Below are positions 30,550-40,887 of a DNA stretch of 64,000 bases, piece by piece; within the stretch, counting starts at the first letter, position 1, and the number at the start of each line of letters is the position of its first letter. The notes under the pieces are model-generated. The model did not search any database. It was not told the origin of the DNA and was given only the letters and a program-made list of their open reading frames with translations. The translations under genes were made by a program, and so were the position numbers. The stretch comes from a virus. Where the stretch lies: IMG/VR virus record IMGVR_UViG_3300038696_000205, positions 55,323 to 119,322 of that record; one strand, given 5' to 3'.

Positions 30550-31095
30550 TTATTTTTTAATTAATTTTAAAATTTCTGACCATTCTTTTTTCTTAAATTC
30601 TGGATTTAAATATAAAATAGAATTCCATAAGTTTTCATTTTTCTCTCGCAAATAACCTATTCCACGATTACAAATATCACATAATAACCCCCTAACCTCA
30701 CCAGTTTCATGGTCATGGTCAACAACTAATTTACTTTCAAGGTTACATATTAAACATTTATTATCCTGTTCTAATATCATTTTATTTTTACCATCAATAT
30801 CAAGATTATAATAACGTTTTAAATTGCATTCTTGCATTTGTATTCTGTGACATTCTTTACATTGTCGTCTAAAACCAAATTTATTTTTATTTGAAATATG
30901 AAAATTATTTTCGTTCATATCTTTTAAAAAATCACATTTAGTGCATCGTAATTGTTTTGGGGAATAATTAATTTTACTTTTATTTTTTCGACAACTTTTA
31001 CAATCACCCCTATAACCATCTGGTCTATCTTTAGCTTTATGAAATTCAACCACTGATTTAATTTCATCACAGTAAATACATCTTTTTTCTTTCAT
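30550..31095 (-). CDS. endonuclease VII-like homing endonuclease with zinc fingers
   Basis: CLIC...VVDHDHETGEVRGLLCDICNRGIG. Confidence 0.85.
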   Translation of the reverse strand: MKEKRCIYCDEIKSVVEFHKAKDRPDGYRGDCKSCRKNKSKINYSPKQLRCTKCDFLKDMNENNFHISNKNKFGFRRQCKECHRIQMQECNLKRYYNLDIDGKNKMILEQDNKCLICNLESKLVVDHDHETGEVRGLLCDICNRGIGYLREKNENLWNSILYLNPEFKKKEWSEILKLIKK

Positions 31096-31215
31096 ACGTT
31101 TCTTTAATAATAAATATAATTAAAATGTATTTTATTCCAAAAATATGTATTTGATTCCAAATTAACTATTTTAATACACTCTTCTAGATTTGGATTATTA
31201 ATTTAATATTCCATT

Positions 31216-31971
31216 TTATTTTTTGGGTATTAAGTTTGTAAATAATTCTCTTTCTTTTGTTATCCAGATTGCTGGGTTAATGGCCCACCTACTTCTTAGA
31301 GCTTCCGTATTTTCTTTTTGGAATTCATTATTTGTTGCCGCAATCTTATATATCTCCTTTGTAATCATCCTACCCCTTTTAAAACCATCGGGTTGGTCGT
31401 TCCAGTTAACGCCTTTGGTCATACATAAATCTTGCATACCACTTGTGTTAACACCATTAAGTTCTTTATGGCTAAATAGGGATTGTGCGGTCATACTAAT
31501 TGAATTTCTAACACAATCTTGTTGTGTCCATATAAAATAGTTTTCAACCTCAACAGCTTCTGATATTGTGAATACCCTACTATCAAAAATAGCTAATTTA
31601 TCGGTTATGTTATGGGTTCTCATATAATCGTTAAAATATGTACTGGCCATTGATGCTGTAACACTAACAATTTTCTGTATAGCACCATCAAAAAATGCGG
31701 ATGTACCAATTTTTTCAAAATCCGTTAACAATATACTGATTTCATCTGATTGCGTATACCCCAATCTTGCACCTTGGATATTGGCACATAGCATTGAGGT
31801 CGTGTAATCCATGGCATCCATTAACCTGGTATCATACGGTATTTCAAATCCCTTGGTGAAGGTATGAAAAGCTTTACCGTCCATTCTTATAATAGAATAG
31901 GTACGTCTAGGTAAGTAACTTTTTGACCTAGATTCGTACATTTTCATTCTATCACCTAATTCATCTTTCAT
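31216..31971 (-). CDS. tRNA(His) guanylyltransferase Thg1-like protein
   Basis: DRMKMYE, IRMDGKAFHTFT, YTQSDEIS, FDSR, QQDCVRNS. Confidence 0.92.
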   Translation of the reverse strand: MKDELGDRMKMYESRSKSYLPRRTYSIIRMDGKAFHTFTKGFEIPYDTRLMDAMDYTTSMLCANIQGARLGYTQSDEISILLTDFEKIGTSAFFDGAIQKIVSVTASMASTYFNDYMRTHNITDKLAIFDSRVFTISEAVEVENYFIWTQQDCVRNSISMTAQSLFSHKELNGVNTSGMQDLCMTKGVNWNDQPDGFKRGRMITKEIYKIAATNNEFQKENTEALRSRWAINPAIWITKERELFTNLIPKK

Positions 31972-31981
31972 ATTGTTTTAT

Positions 31982-32626
31982 TTAAAATTTTAAAACTTTC
32001 ATAATACAAGTTATCGATATCCTGTATTCATCACTTAAGTTGGGTGATGAAAAGTGCATGCAATTTTTATCGTGCACAAGTATTTGACCCTTTTTCATTG
32101 GAACCATTGTAAAATCCTTATTCTGATAAACATCGGAATATAGGGAAACGCCCTTTTTACCTGTTCTAACCCTAACGTTGGTCCCAATCGCCTTATGTTC
32201 GACCAGACCACCTAAATGACTTCCAGGTACATAGAACATACAGGAATTTATTAAATCAACATCCTGTAATGGAATCCAAAATGTAAAAACATCTTCATCC
32301 GTTTCAAAGTATGCGTTATCCTGATGTGCGGAGGTCATTTTATAGTTTGGGGGTTTACAGAAATATTGGTTATTCAATATTTCATATTCTTCCGCACCTA
32401 TTAAATTGGCCAATAATGGATTTAGATGTTTAAAATTTAAATTCTGGATTTGTTTTATATCCCCTAATTTGGTCCTAAACACATTGTTATTATCTACACT
32501 ACTACCTATGCTTTCAAGATTGGTGGAAAACTTATTTATTAAATTTAGCACCTTACTTGAATCTATAACTTGGAAACCATCCTTACCTAGATTTTCACTA
32601 CCGTTTACTTTATTGAATTTAAACAC
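31982..32626 (-). CDS. phytanoyl-CoA dioxygenase family 2OG-Fe(II) oxygenase
   Basis: HQDNAY, WIPLQD, VPGSH, H.S.PN. Confidence 0.85.
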   Translation of the reverse strand: MFKFNKVNGSENLGKDGFQVIDSSKVLNLINKFSTNLESIGSSVDNNNVFRTKLGDIKQIQNLNFKHLNPLLANLIGAEEYEILNNQYFCKPPNYKMTSAHQDNAYFETDEDVFTFWIPLQDVDLINSCMFYVPGSHLGGLVEHKAIGTNVRVRTGKKGVSLYSDVYQNKDFTMVPMKKGQILVHDKNCMHFSSPNLSDEYRISITCIMKVLKF

Positions 32627-32828
32627 GTTTCTTTTCTTTTTTTAGATTAGCCTTTACTTCAACACCAGAGAATACATAGCTTGGTGAGTAATCACCATAA
32701 TTAGATTCAGCTTTAACATTAAATCTAACATCTTCAACCGTGTAACCACTGTCTGTTAAGAATTTAATAATTATTTTTTGAACACTGTTCGGGTCCAGAT
32801 TTATAGTTGTTTCAGTTTTTATATCCAT
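32619..32828 (-). CDS. hypothetical protein
   Basis: ORF track. Confidence 0.6.
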   Translation of the reverse strand: MDIKTETTINLDPNSVQKIIIKFLTDSGYTVEDVRFNVKAESNYGDYSPSYVFSGVEVKANLKKEKKRV

Positions 32829-32831
32829 AAT

Positions 32832-33185
32832 TTATTGCACGTTTTTTAATAATATACACTTCTTGTGATTGTAAAGATAAGTAATTTCATTTGCATTTGC
32901 AAGGAAATGAGATAATTCTTCACACCAAATATCTAAAATTAGGTACTGACCTAACTTAAATTTAAACCCACCATAGTTATTTATAGTATAGTTTGAGTCC
33001 GTTAAATGCATCAACGATACAATCGTATTATGGTATAATCCCCTATCAGGTACTATAATATCATAATCACTTATTAACCCATCATTTACTATTTGATTTA
33101 CGGACCCACCCACCAACCAACCTTCACTTGAAAGTAAAATTGATTTTATTCTATTGTTTAACTTTGAATATACTACACTTTTCAT
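32832..33185 (-). CDS. small nucleotidyltransferase-like protein (poly(A) polymerase/CCA head-like)
   Basis: LVGGSV...DYDI motif. Confidence 0.55.
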   Translation of the reverse strand: MKSVVYSKLNNRIKSILLSSEGWLVGGSVNQIVNDGLISDYDIIVPDRGLYHNTIVSLMHLTDSNYTINNYGGFKFKLGQYLILDIWCEELSHFLANANEITYLYNHKKCILLKNVQ

Positions 33186-33187
33186 GA

Positions 33188-35824
33188 TTAGTAGTTATTA
33201 GAATCCTTATTAGGTGCGTAAACACTTAATAATCTTAATCTTTCATCCAATATTGCCTCACTAGCTGGGTAGTAATTATCACCTCTATTTAAACACTTGG
33301 GCATGTTAGCCATTTGCTCCTTAATTCTACGTCTAATTTGTATAAAATCATCATCCTGACCAGGACCAAAAGGTTTATTAAGATTAGTACCATCAAAATA
33401 AAGAACCATGGCATCTTCACCCATTTCATTTTCAAAGACAATCGTAGTCTTTTTGGATAAAGCTTCTGGTGAACGTAATACCTTGAATGGACCTGGTAAT
33501 GTAGTTTTACCTAGTGTCTCGGAAAACTTAACTACACCTATATTAGCAAAACCCATTGCAGCCAGAGCATACTTTGCGGATAGATTATCTCTCTTTAGAC
33601 CATTTCTACCGCCACCACCTTGACCGAATAGACCCCAAGCGAAGGGTGCATAACCTTTTTCAATCATAGCCATCATAATATCCCACATATTTTTATGTGT
33701 CATACCATCACCCTCTATGAACCTTAAGGTGGTCCCAAAATACCATGTTTTCCCATCAATTATTTCAGTGGTACAAAGGTTGTTTTTAATGGCCAACTCA
33801 ATAGTCCATAATACTTGTTCAAGCGCATCACCAGAATTACCACAAACCATAGTAGACCTATTACGTTTAACCATAATCTTACCAGATGGTACTTGGACAC
33901 AATACACCTTTCCCACATAATTTATATTATTCTTTTTAATTGATTGACCACCGATTAAATTATTTCTAGTTATGTGTAATGTCCAAACATTATTAAATTT
34001 ATCACTTCTAGTATCCTCATATTCTGAAATCAAACAACCATACCCACAAGATAATACAATTAATTCAACAATATACACTATTTCTTTATTAGTTGTGTCA
34101 AATTTAATTTTATTTTCGTTTCTAACACAAGAGTCCCAATTACTTAATTCATCGATAAATTGTTTACACCAAGTTAATGATAAAGACGTTAAATCTACCC
34201 ATTCAAAATTTTTAGTTACGTTTATACTTATATCTAACCATATATAAATGGTGTAATTATTTGGTCGTTTAGGTTCAATTTTTTCAGAATATTCAAATCC
34301 ACCATTTTCGCAAATTTCTATAAGTTTATCTCTTTTTCTTTTTTTAGTGAAATTAAACCTATATACTTTTTTACCGCTAATTAACCCTTCATTCACTCTT
34401 TCATGTTTTGATGTAAATGACCCATCAGCTTGAAATGCAATTAAAAATCTTTCAAAATTAGTTAATCTTTTATTGGTTTCCTTAACTTTTGCACTTCTAA
34501 CCATATATTTACCATGATAACCAATATTTCCAACTTCTTTAGCGTATTGTGATAAAAATTTATTATTTTTCTTATAAATCATTTTATGTTCTGGAGTCAC
34601 TAATAAATCCACTTTTCCTTTATTCCCACTAAAATGACACATTTCTCCATTATAATCATAAATTTGTTTTTTTAATGGTTGAATAAATTCATAGGAACCA
34701 TCATCTAAAACTTGTGCAACTAATGTTTCATCTGTTAAATCCTTAAATAAAACCCATCCATCATTACTTAAAATAAGTGTATCATCAGAATAACAATCTG
34801 GTCTGCCAACAACTATCTTATCGTTCTTAAGAGTTTCACTTAACTTTGCAAGCGGTAATAACATTTGTTCGACCGCAACGAAATAGTCGTTACAATCGGC
34901 AACCATCGAAATAAAAGAACCATCCGTACATGAGTTATAAATAGCCTCATAACAATCATTCTCAAATTCATAACCTTGGACATTTCTATGTGCTAATGCA
35001 TTAACTGAATTACCGACTGGTTGCTCGCTAGCATTTTTCCAGGCTTGGTAGGCTCCAGAGCACGTATCGGTTCCAGGGAATGTATATAGTTGGGCCATAC
35101 TCAACACTTCGGATTCCTCGGCTGTAATGCCAGCTCTATCACCGAAATCGGTTAACATAATAGATGCTAGGAATATTGCTTTTTCTTCTTCAATATTTGG
35201 ATATACCATTCGAACCATTGATTTTAGTTTAAGCATCCAATGTTCGTTCTGGGTTATTTTTTCGGATACGGCCCAAGTTTGAAGTAATTTGGATTCAAAC
35301 CAAGCAGCAAGAACCCCCATACCATCGATATCGCACACGATTTGCATATTGGGTTCGTTAGGATAACAAACGGAACCTTCTGGTAACGCCTTTATCTTGA
35401 TTGGTGGTCTACCGTTGAATTCGTCAACAACTCTTCGCCATATTTCTTCTGGGAATTCATATTCGGATAGACCACGAGGTCCAACTTTAAATGTTTTTAA
35501 GAATTCCTTGGCCTCATCAATTTCTTCATGGGTAATTGGTTCGAAGAATAATTTTTCAAGTATAATCTGTAACCCACCGAATATAATTCTATTATCATCG
35601 GCAGTGTAAATTGTTGGGTCAATCGTTATTAATTGTTTTCTAAAAACATTATAATATGTAGATTTTTGCTTAACTAAATCACTCTCGAATTTATTAGACC
35701 CCACCGTATAGGCATCGGCCATTAACAATCTGGGCGTTTTATGAATTTTATTCTTGGGTAATATTAACTCTTTTTCCATACTCTTATATTTAAAATTTAT
35801 ACTATGCTTCACTACCTTCCGCAA
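33188..35824 (-). CDS. nadV: nicotinamide phosphoribosyltransferase (NadV/NAMPT), intein-containing
   Basis: MADAY, TDFGDR, FPGTD, RPD|SGD, EGDG, FGQGG. Confidence 0.9.
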   Translation of the reverse strand: MRKVVKHSINFKYKSMEKELILPKNKIHKTPRLLMADAYTVGSNKFESDLVKQKSTYYNVFRKQLITIDPTIYTADDNRIIFGGLQIILEKLFFEPITHEEIDEAKEFLKTFKVGPRGLSEYEFPEEIWRRVVDEFNGRPPIKIKALPEGSVCYPNEPNMQIVCDIDGMGVLAAWFESKLLQTWAVSEKITQNEHWMLKLKSMVRMVYPNIEEEKAIFLASIMLTDFGDRAGITAEESEVLSMAQLYTFPGTDTCSGAYQAWKNASEQPVGNSVNALAHRNVQGYEFENDCYEAIYNSCTDGSFISMVADCNDYFVAVEQMLLPLAKLSETLKNDKIVVGRPDCYSDDTLILSNDGWVLFKDLTDETLVAQVLDDGSYEFIQPLKKQIYDYNGEMCHFSGNKGKVDLLVTPEHKMIYKKNNKFLSQYAKEVGNIGYHGKYMVRSAKVKETNKRLTNFERFLIAFQADGSFTSKHERVNEGLISGKKVYRFNFTKKRKRDKLIEICENGGFEYSEKIEPKRPNNYTIYIWLDISINVTKNFEWVDLTSLSLTWCKQFIDELSNWDSCVRNENKIKFDTTNKEIVYIVELIVLSCGYGCLISEYEDTRSDKFNNVWTLHITRNNLIGGQSIKKNNINYVGKVYCVQVPSGKIMVKRNRSTMVCGNSGDALEQVLWTIELAIKNNLCTTEIIDGKTWYFGTTLRFIEGDGMTHKNMWDIMMAMIEKGYAPFAWGLFGQGGGGRNGLKRDNLSAKYALAAMGFANIGVVKFSETLGKTTLPGPFKVLRSPEALSKKTTIVFENEMGEDAMVLYFDGTNLNKPFGPGQDDDFIQIRRRIKEQMANMPKCLNRGDNYYPASEAILDERLRLLSVYAPNKDSNNY
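33836..34795 (-). mobile_element. intein (320 aa) with LAGLIDADG-like endonuclease
   Basis: RPD|CYSDDT...VCGN|SGD; TPEH block B; FQADGS. Confidence 0.88.
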
Positions 35825-36836
35825 TTAACTTTGACCTTAATATTTTAATATCAAGAGTAGTATCGGTAATCTTTTTTATTAACTCTTGCATAAGTTCAAC
35901 ATGTTCTTCCATAATCCTATACTTGATTTGGCTTTCGGTCGCAAATTCAGTTATACTTACCCACTTAAGTTCGGCTATATCATCGGATGCTTTTGCCAAT
36001 CCCCAACTACGTGGTGCAATGAACAAGGTTGTCATAATACCAGATTCTTCTTTTCTATAACGCCAATCGTCAATTTGTTTGGAGGTAACATATGTTAATG
36101 GCCCCATTTCGAAATTACCACCAGTTTCTTCCATGAATTCACGTCTAGCAGCAGTTTCGTATGAGGAATCATTTCTATCAACGAACCCACCAATAAACCT
36201 TAAATTTTTCTCACTTGCTTTCCTGGCCAATAACAATTCGGCATCTTCATTATATACCACTATATCAACTGTGGGATATGTAACCGCCCTTTGCGCATAG
36301 TTTGCGTGTATGACACCAGCTCTAAAATCTCTTGACTCACGTATTTCTTTTGAAATCTCATTCCTAATCTGCGTACCACTAACTGGTCCATTGGAGATTA
36401 GTTCCGTAGTTGCGTGTCTGCCGTGGTAATGTGGTATAAAAGAATCCCTACTACCATATAACAATGCGGAAGCTTCACCAAACACCATATTAATCTGTGA
36501 ATCCAAACTGTTACTCCAAGTAATGTCGCATCTATTATCCTTTTGTGGTAATACTATGGCATTGGGAACATATTCTTGAATCATCGCTTTTCTAGTTGCA
36601 AAATCAAGTGGATTTATCTTAGTGTTTGGAGTATTGGATACCCCAAGGAAAATCAATATTTTTCTATGGTGTTTAGCAACCATATCAATTAACCCTTTAT
36701 GGGCATCATGTAATTCATCAACTTGGAAACGGGCCACAAGTACACCGCAAGTGTAATCCTGAGGGTCAATTATTGTTCTTATATTCATAGTATATTTATT
36801 TAATGCAAATGTAGTGAATTTATTTAACATCTGCAA
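35802..36836 (-). CDS. bifunctional NMN adenylyltransferase / Nudix hydrolase (NadM-Nudix)
   Basis: VARFQ...HDAH, GSRDSF, SGTQIR, GGFVD...AARREFMEETG Nudix box. Confidence 0.92.
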   Translation of the reverse strand: MQMLNKFTTFALNKYTMNIRTIIDPQDYTCGVLVARFQVDELHDAHKGLIDMVAKHHRKILIFLGVSNTPNTKINPLDFATRKAMIQEYVPNAIVLPQKDNRCDITWSNSLDSQINMVFGEASALLYGSRDSFIPHYHGRHATTELISNGPVSGTQIRNEISKEIRESRDFRAGVIHANYAQRAVTYPTVDIVVYNEDAELLLARKASEKNLRFIGGFVDRNDSSYETAARREFMEETGGNFEMGPLTYVTSKQIDDWRYRKEESGIMTTLFIAPRSWGLAKASDDIAELKWVSITEFATESQIKYRIMEEHVELMQELIKKITDTTLDIKILRSKLIAEGSEA

Positions 36837-36853
36837 ATAAAAAAAGGGTAATT

Positions 36854-37408
36854 TTATTTACCCTTTAGTTTATCCCTTAATTTTTGAAGTTCTGGGTTAT
36901 CCCCTAAACTATGTGTTGCACCTATTTTCTTTACGGTTGGACTTTTGGATGGCCTTTCTTTTTTAGGTATAAATGGATTGTCACCCTTAAGTAACCAGGT
37001 AATGTGTTTATCACCAACCAATACTTTGTTTATAACCCAATCCTGAAATAAATGATATGTCGGTAACGCCATAAACGTGGTTGTATTAGTCCCTTGTACC
37101 GCTAGCTTTCTATCACCGAACAAACTTTTAATAGGTGTTTCAACCTCAACATCTTGGTCCATCATATTGTGTAGGAATTTAAAAAAATTCTCTTTATATT
37201 CTTCACTATGCATTCCACTGATTACCTCGTCTATAGAGATTAATTGCTGGTTTGTAATGGCGCATTTAAAGTCACCCTTTGGAGGTAGGAATACTTTACC
37301 CACAGTATTAACTGGCAAATATGATTTAACCAAATGGCTTATGAACCCACGGGTTTTCTTATTAGCTAAAAGGTCATCGAATTTCTTAATTATTTCTTTT
37401 GGTTCCAT
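36854..37408 (-). CDS. hypothetical protein
   Basis: ORF track. Confidence 0.7.
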   Translation of the reverse strand: MEPKEIIKKFDDLLANKKTRGFISHLVKSYLPVNTVGKVFLPPKGDFKCAITNQQLISIDEVISGMHSEEYKENFFKFLHNMMDQDVEVETPIKSLFGDRKLAVQGTNTTTFMALPTYHLFQDWVINKVLVGDKHITWLLKGDNPFIPKKERPSKSPTVKKIGATHSLGDNPELQKLRDKLKGK

Positions 37409-37412
37409 AAAT

Positions 37413-37802
37413 TTATGCTTTTAATATTTCTTTAGTTAATTCAGATGCCATTTTACCATCATACTCACCAGCGTAATTTTCTCTTAAATATTTCATGATA
37501 GAACCCATATTTTTATTTATTCCATCGATAATACCAGTTGTTATTACGGTTTCCAATTCATCACTTGTCATTTGCCTTGGGACATATTTATTGAGTATGT
37601 CCAACTCTAATGAATTAAGGGAATTTGTTTCTAACGAATTTTTAATCATCGCCTTAAACTTCCCAACGATATATGCATCGTCTGGTGTCTTGGTTTCTTT
37701 GGTGACCTCGGACTTTAAAAAGCCTAGATAATTTTTGGTTTCCATATCCCTATTTTTATAAGCGGACATGAAGTCTTTATTAATTTTCTCTAATAATTCC
37801 AT
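37413..37802 (-). CDS. GatB/YqeY domain protein
   Basis: AYKNRD...L..YVPRQMT...NMGSIM...YDGK.AS. Confidence 0.85.
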   Translation of the reverse strand: MELLEKINKDFMSAYKNRDMETKNYLGFLKSEVTKETKTPDDAYIVGKFKAMIKNSLETNSLNSLELDILNKYVPRQMTSDELETVITTGIIDGINKNMGSIMKYLRENYAGEYDGKMASELTKEILKA

Positions 37803-38246
37803 TTATTTTAATTTTAAGTAATAATGATACCCGATATTGTTTTCCATTGTATAATATACCCACTTAACCTCACCTCTTTGAATCTTATCACCCATTTCAA
37901 TAAATTTAACAGATTTGGAATTAGTACTTATTTTAATATATTTTGTACTATCAACAATTCTGTGTTTATTTGGTTTAGCCTTTACAACAGTTAAATTATC
38001 AACTGGTGACTTAACTGGCATCTCCACAACTTTTTTAGGTGTGCTTCTTTTCCTACTTAAAGAGGCCGTTACCTTTTTTTTAGGTGCAACCTTTGTTGTC
38101 TTTTTAGTCGGAGGACTTGGTTTAGGTTTCTGTTTGACCACTTTGGTAGTGACCGTTTTACTCTGGTTAACCTTCTTAGGGGCTTTTTTTAAAGTGGGCT
38201 TTATTGCCTCACTCATTTTTTTTGTTTTAGTTACTCTCTTCGCCAT
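37803..38246 (-). CDS. basic Lys/Pro/Thr-rich protein
   Basis: Histone-H1-like composition. Confidence 0.6.
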   Translation of the reverse strand: MAKRVTKTKKMSEAIKPTLKKAPKKVNQSKTVTTKVVKQKPKPSPPTKKTTKVAPKKKVTASLSRKRSTPKKVVEMPVKSPVDNLTVVKAKPNKHRIVDSTKYIKISTNSKSVKFIEMGDKIQRGEVKWVYYTMENNIGYHYYLKLK

Positions 38247-38341
38247 AGTTAATATTCTATGACTAATAGTAGTAATTTATTATGAAAAGTAAAGTTTAAT
38301 AGTATACACCATCTAAATAATCACTTCTACACCCCATATAT

Positions 38342-38638
38342 TTATTTTTTAATTAAATTTTCAAGTTCCGAACAAGTCGATGTGCTATTGTATAAATTGA
38401 TTAAAAGTTCTAATTTCATTTGGTCATCTAACGATTCGACCACAATCTCATCAAATTCTTTTATAGAAATACTATCGAAGGCTCTCCTTAACGCTGACCA
38501 TTCGTAGGGTTCGCAAGTTCTAATATAATTTAAAGTGTCGCTGAACTCATCCCTATCATCTTCATAAAATGGGTGGCTTTTTATCTTATTAACTAATATC
38601 TCAAAATCTTTTTGAGTTATATTTGTTTTATAATTCAA
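38342..38638 (-). CDS. hypothetical protein
   Basis: ORF track. Confidence 0.6.
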   Translation of the reverse strand: MNYKTNITQKDFEILVNKIKSHPFYEDDRDEFSDTLNYIRTCEPYEWSALRRAFDSISIKEFDEIVVESLDDQMKLELLINLYNSTSTCSELENLIKK

Positions 38639-38747
38639 CGTTACCGATAATGAATTAAGTACTGTTACTAAGGGGGGTGTTTTCTTTAGCCATAATTTTT
38701 TTTATATTAACAAATATAGTAAAAATTTGTTTAACAAACCAAATAAT

Positions 38748-39518
38748 TTAGTATATTTTTTTATTTTTAATTGATAAATTTCTAAAACATGTTACTATTC
38801 CCACCGTTAAGGCCACGAATAAGATGTAAATTCCACTAATGCCGTTGGGGTCGTTTAATACTATCTCTAGGTTATATATCCCGTGTAAAATGCTGGATAT
38901 GATTAAACCACACACAATAAAAAATGTAAATTTTACCCTTGGAAATCTTTCAACGAACCACCCGAATAAGGATTTTGGCCTTATATTTACGATTTTTGCC
39001 TTAGCTATAAAGTAACCCATGTAAAGACCAAAGAACAGATGTGCAACTACGGCACTTATTGACCTCCACCCTAGTGTTACAAATGGTGATTCGGACCTAA
39101 TGGCGTGGAATATATTTTCAACAGAAGCGAACCCAAGTGATACCATACCCATATAAACCATAAGTGCTATTGGTGATTCACCTTTAATTTTAAAATTAAA
39201 TTTAAGATAATAATAAATTAGAATAAAAGCCAATAATTTAAAAAACTCTTCTATAAAGCCTACCTGAATAAAATATTTAATATGTAAGTGTAGGGTTTCA
39301 TCCAACACTGGATTAACATATGATGCCGCCAGTATTCCCCATTGTAGGAATAAGTCAAAGAAGGTAAATAAAGGGCCGACCGAAAGGGTTCCAAAAAGCA
39401 AATAAACTAAAGCAATATTTAACTTAAAAGATTTAAAAGGTAAATTGATGAACAATATCGAACAATAAAATAGTGCTGGCAATATTGAAAAAATGATTAT
39501 TAATATTTTTTGTTCCAT
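38748..39518 (-). CDS. PrsW-family intramembrane metalloprotease
   Basis: GFIEEFFK, GFASVEN, AH, LHGIYN in a multi-pass membrane protein. Confidence 0.85.
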   Translation of the reverse strand: MEQKILIIIFSILPALFYCSILFINLPFKSFKLNIALVYLLFGTLSVGPLFTFFDLFLQWGILAASYVNPVLDETLHLHIKYFIQVGFIEEFFKLLAFILIYYYLKFNFKIKGESPIALMVYMGMVSLGFASVENIFHAIRSESPFVTLGWRSISAVVAHLFFGLYMGYFIAKAKIVNIRPKSLFGWFVERFPRVKFTFFIVCGLIISSILHGIYNLEIVLNDPNGISGIYILFVALTVGIVTCFRNLSIKNKKIY

Positions 39519-39535
39519 ATCGGTTACTTGATAAT

Positions 39536-39775
39536 TTATTCGTCACTAGTCACATCTATCACTTCAACTCCCCAATCAACAGAATCTAGCTCACCAACAT
39601 TTTTACAAAGCCAACCGTATGCTAGGGGATACTTGGATGTGTCGTTTAATTTTCTAGAGTCAGAATCAATTTCAGCGGACACTAATTCATTATAAACATC
39701 TTCTGGTATTTCTAAATCTTTTAAATCAACCTCATACGTTACCTTGACACTTAGATTATTAACTTTTTTTAACAT
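39536..39775 (-). CDS. hypothetical protein
   Basis: ORF track. Confidence 0.6.
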   Translation of the reverse strand: MLKKVNNLSVKVTYEVDLKDLEIPEDVYNELVSAEIDSDSRKLNDTSKYPLAYGWLCKNVGELDSVDWGVEVIDVTSDE

Positions 39776-40134
39776 GTTATCTTATTTAAATTTATAATTC
39801 TTTTTTTCACCATTAGCCTTGCTGTAAACTATTTTCTTTGGTGTAATCATTATTGGGTCCTCTAGTGACTGAATATATTTTTTACCCTCACCAGCCTTAA
39901 CGACCCTATTATTTACACAAAAATACACATTTTTTTGGTCGTATGCAACTTTCACACATATTTATTATTATAATGTAATACATAAATTTTGTAACACAAT
40001 GAAAGATAAACACCTAAGTATTCGTATACCATATGAATTATATCAAAAATACGTTAAAGAAACAATAAAAAGAACCAATCAAGAAAATAGATTAGTTAAG
40101 GTAAGTGAAATAATAAGAGAAATATTAGAAAAAG

Positions 40135-40887
40135 GTGTTAAAGGTGAATAAAGAATTTAATAAACAATGTCCTAAATGTGATATTACACTCACATATTCT
40201 AGAAAAGACTCTTTAAAAGAATCGATAGATAAAGGTAGACTATGTAAATCATGTTCTAAAAAAGGTAAGCAACCAGCGTTCTATGTTGATGGAAAGATAC
40301 CAGAAGATATATTAGTTAAAATTAGTAAAAACTGGTTCATTAAAGGACATAGGCCAGTTAATGCTGACCAAAGAAAGGGTAAAACAATAGAGGAAATATA
40401 TGGTACAGAAAAATCAAAAGAAATTAGAGAAAAATATTCGAAATGGGAAAGAACGAGGGAAAGTAATATTAAAAGAACAAAAACACTAATTAAACAATGG
40501 GAGAACGGTGCCTTTGATAATGTAAATAGAGAAGTGAGTGAAGAAACTAGACGTAAACATAGGTTAAATATGTTTAAAAGATTAAAAGCCACTGGTAAGA
40601 ATTTCCACCCAGGTTATAATAGAGATGCGTGTTATTATTTTAATGAATTAATGAAAGAAACCAATACAAATATTCAACATGCTTTAAATGGTGGTGAATT
40701 TCAGATTGAAGAACTTGGATTTTGGGTAGATGGTTACGATTTAAAAAATAATATAGTTTACGAATTCGATGAAAAACGACATTTTAATAAAAAAAATAAA
40801 TTAAAGAAAAAAGATGTTCATAGACAAAAACTTATCACTGAACACCTTAATTGTAAATTTATTAGGATTAGATGGGATACTATTTAA
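40135..40887 (+). CDS. putative homing endonuclease (NUMOD3-like repeats + PD-(D/E)xK/Vsr-like domain)
   Basis: VSEETRRKH; FWVDGYD...VYEFDEKRH; counter-oriented insertion. Confidence 0.7.
   Translation: MLKVNKEFNKQCPKCDITLTYSRKDSLKESIDKGRLCKSCSKKGKQPAFYVDGKIPEDILVKISKNWFIKGHRPVNADQRKGKTIEEIYGTEKSKEIREKYSKWERTRESNIKRTKTLIKQWENGAFDNVNREVSEETRRKHRLNMFKRLKATGKNFHPGYNRDACYYFNELMKETNTNIQHALNGGEFQIEELGFWVDGYDLKNNIVYEFDEKRHFNKKNKLKKKDVHRQKLITEHLNCKFIRIRWDTI

Noticed and set aside
30461-31216. Group I intron splitting the phosphoesterase around the endonuclease VII gene
   Set aside because: The missing N-terminus is directly adjacent in another frame (homopolymer shift), and no intron core is visible.
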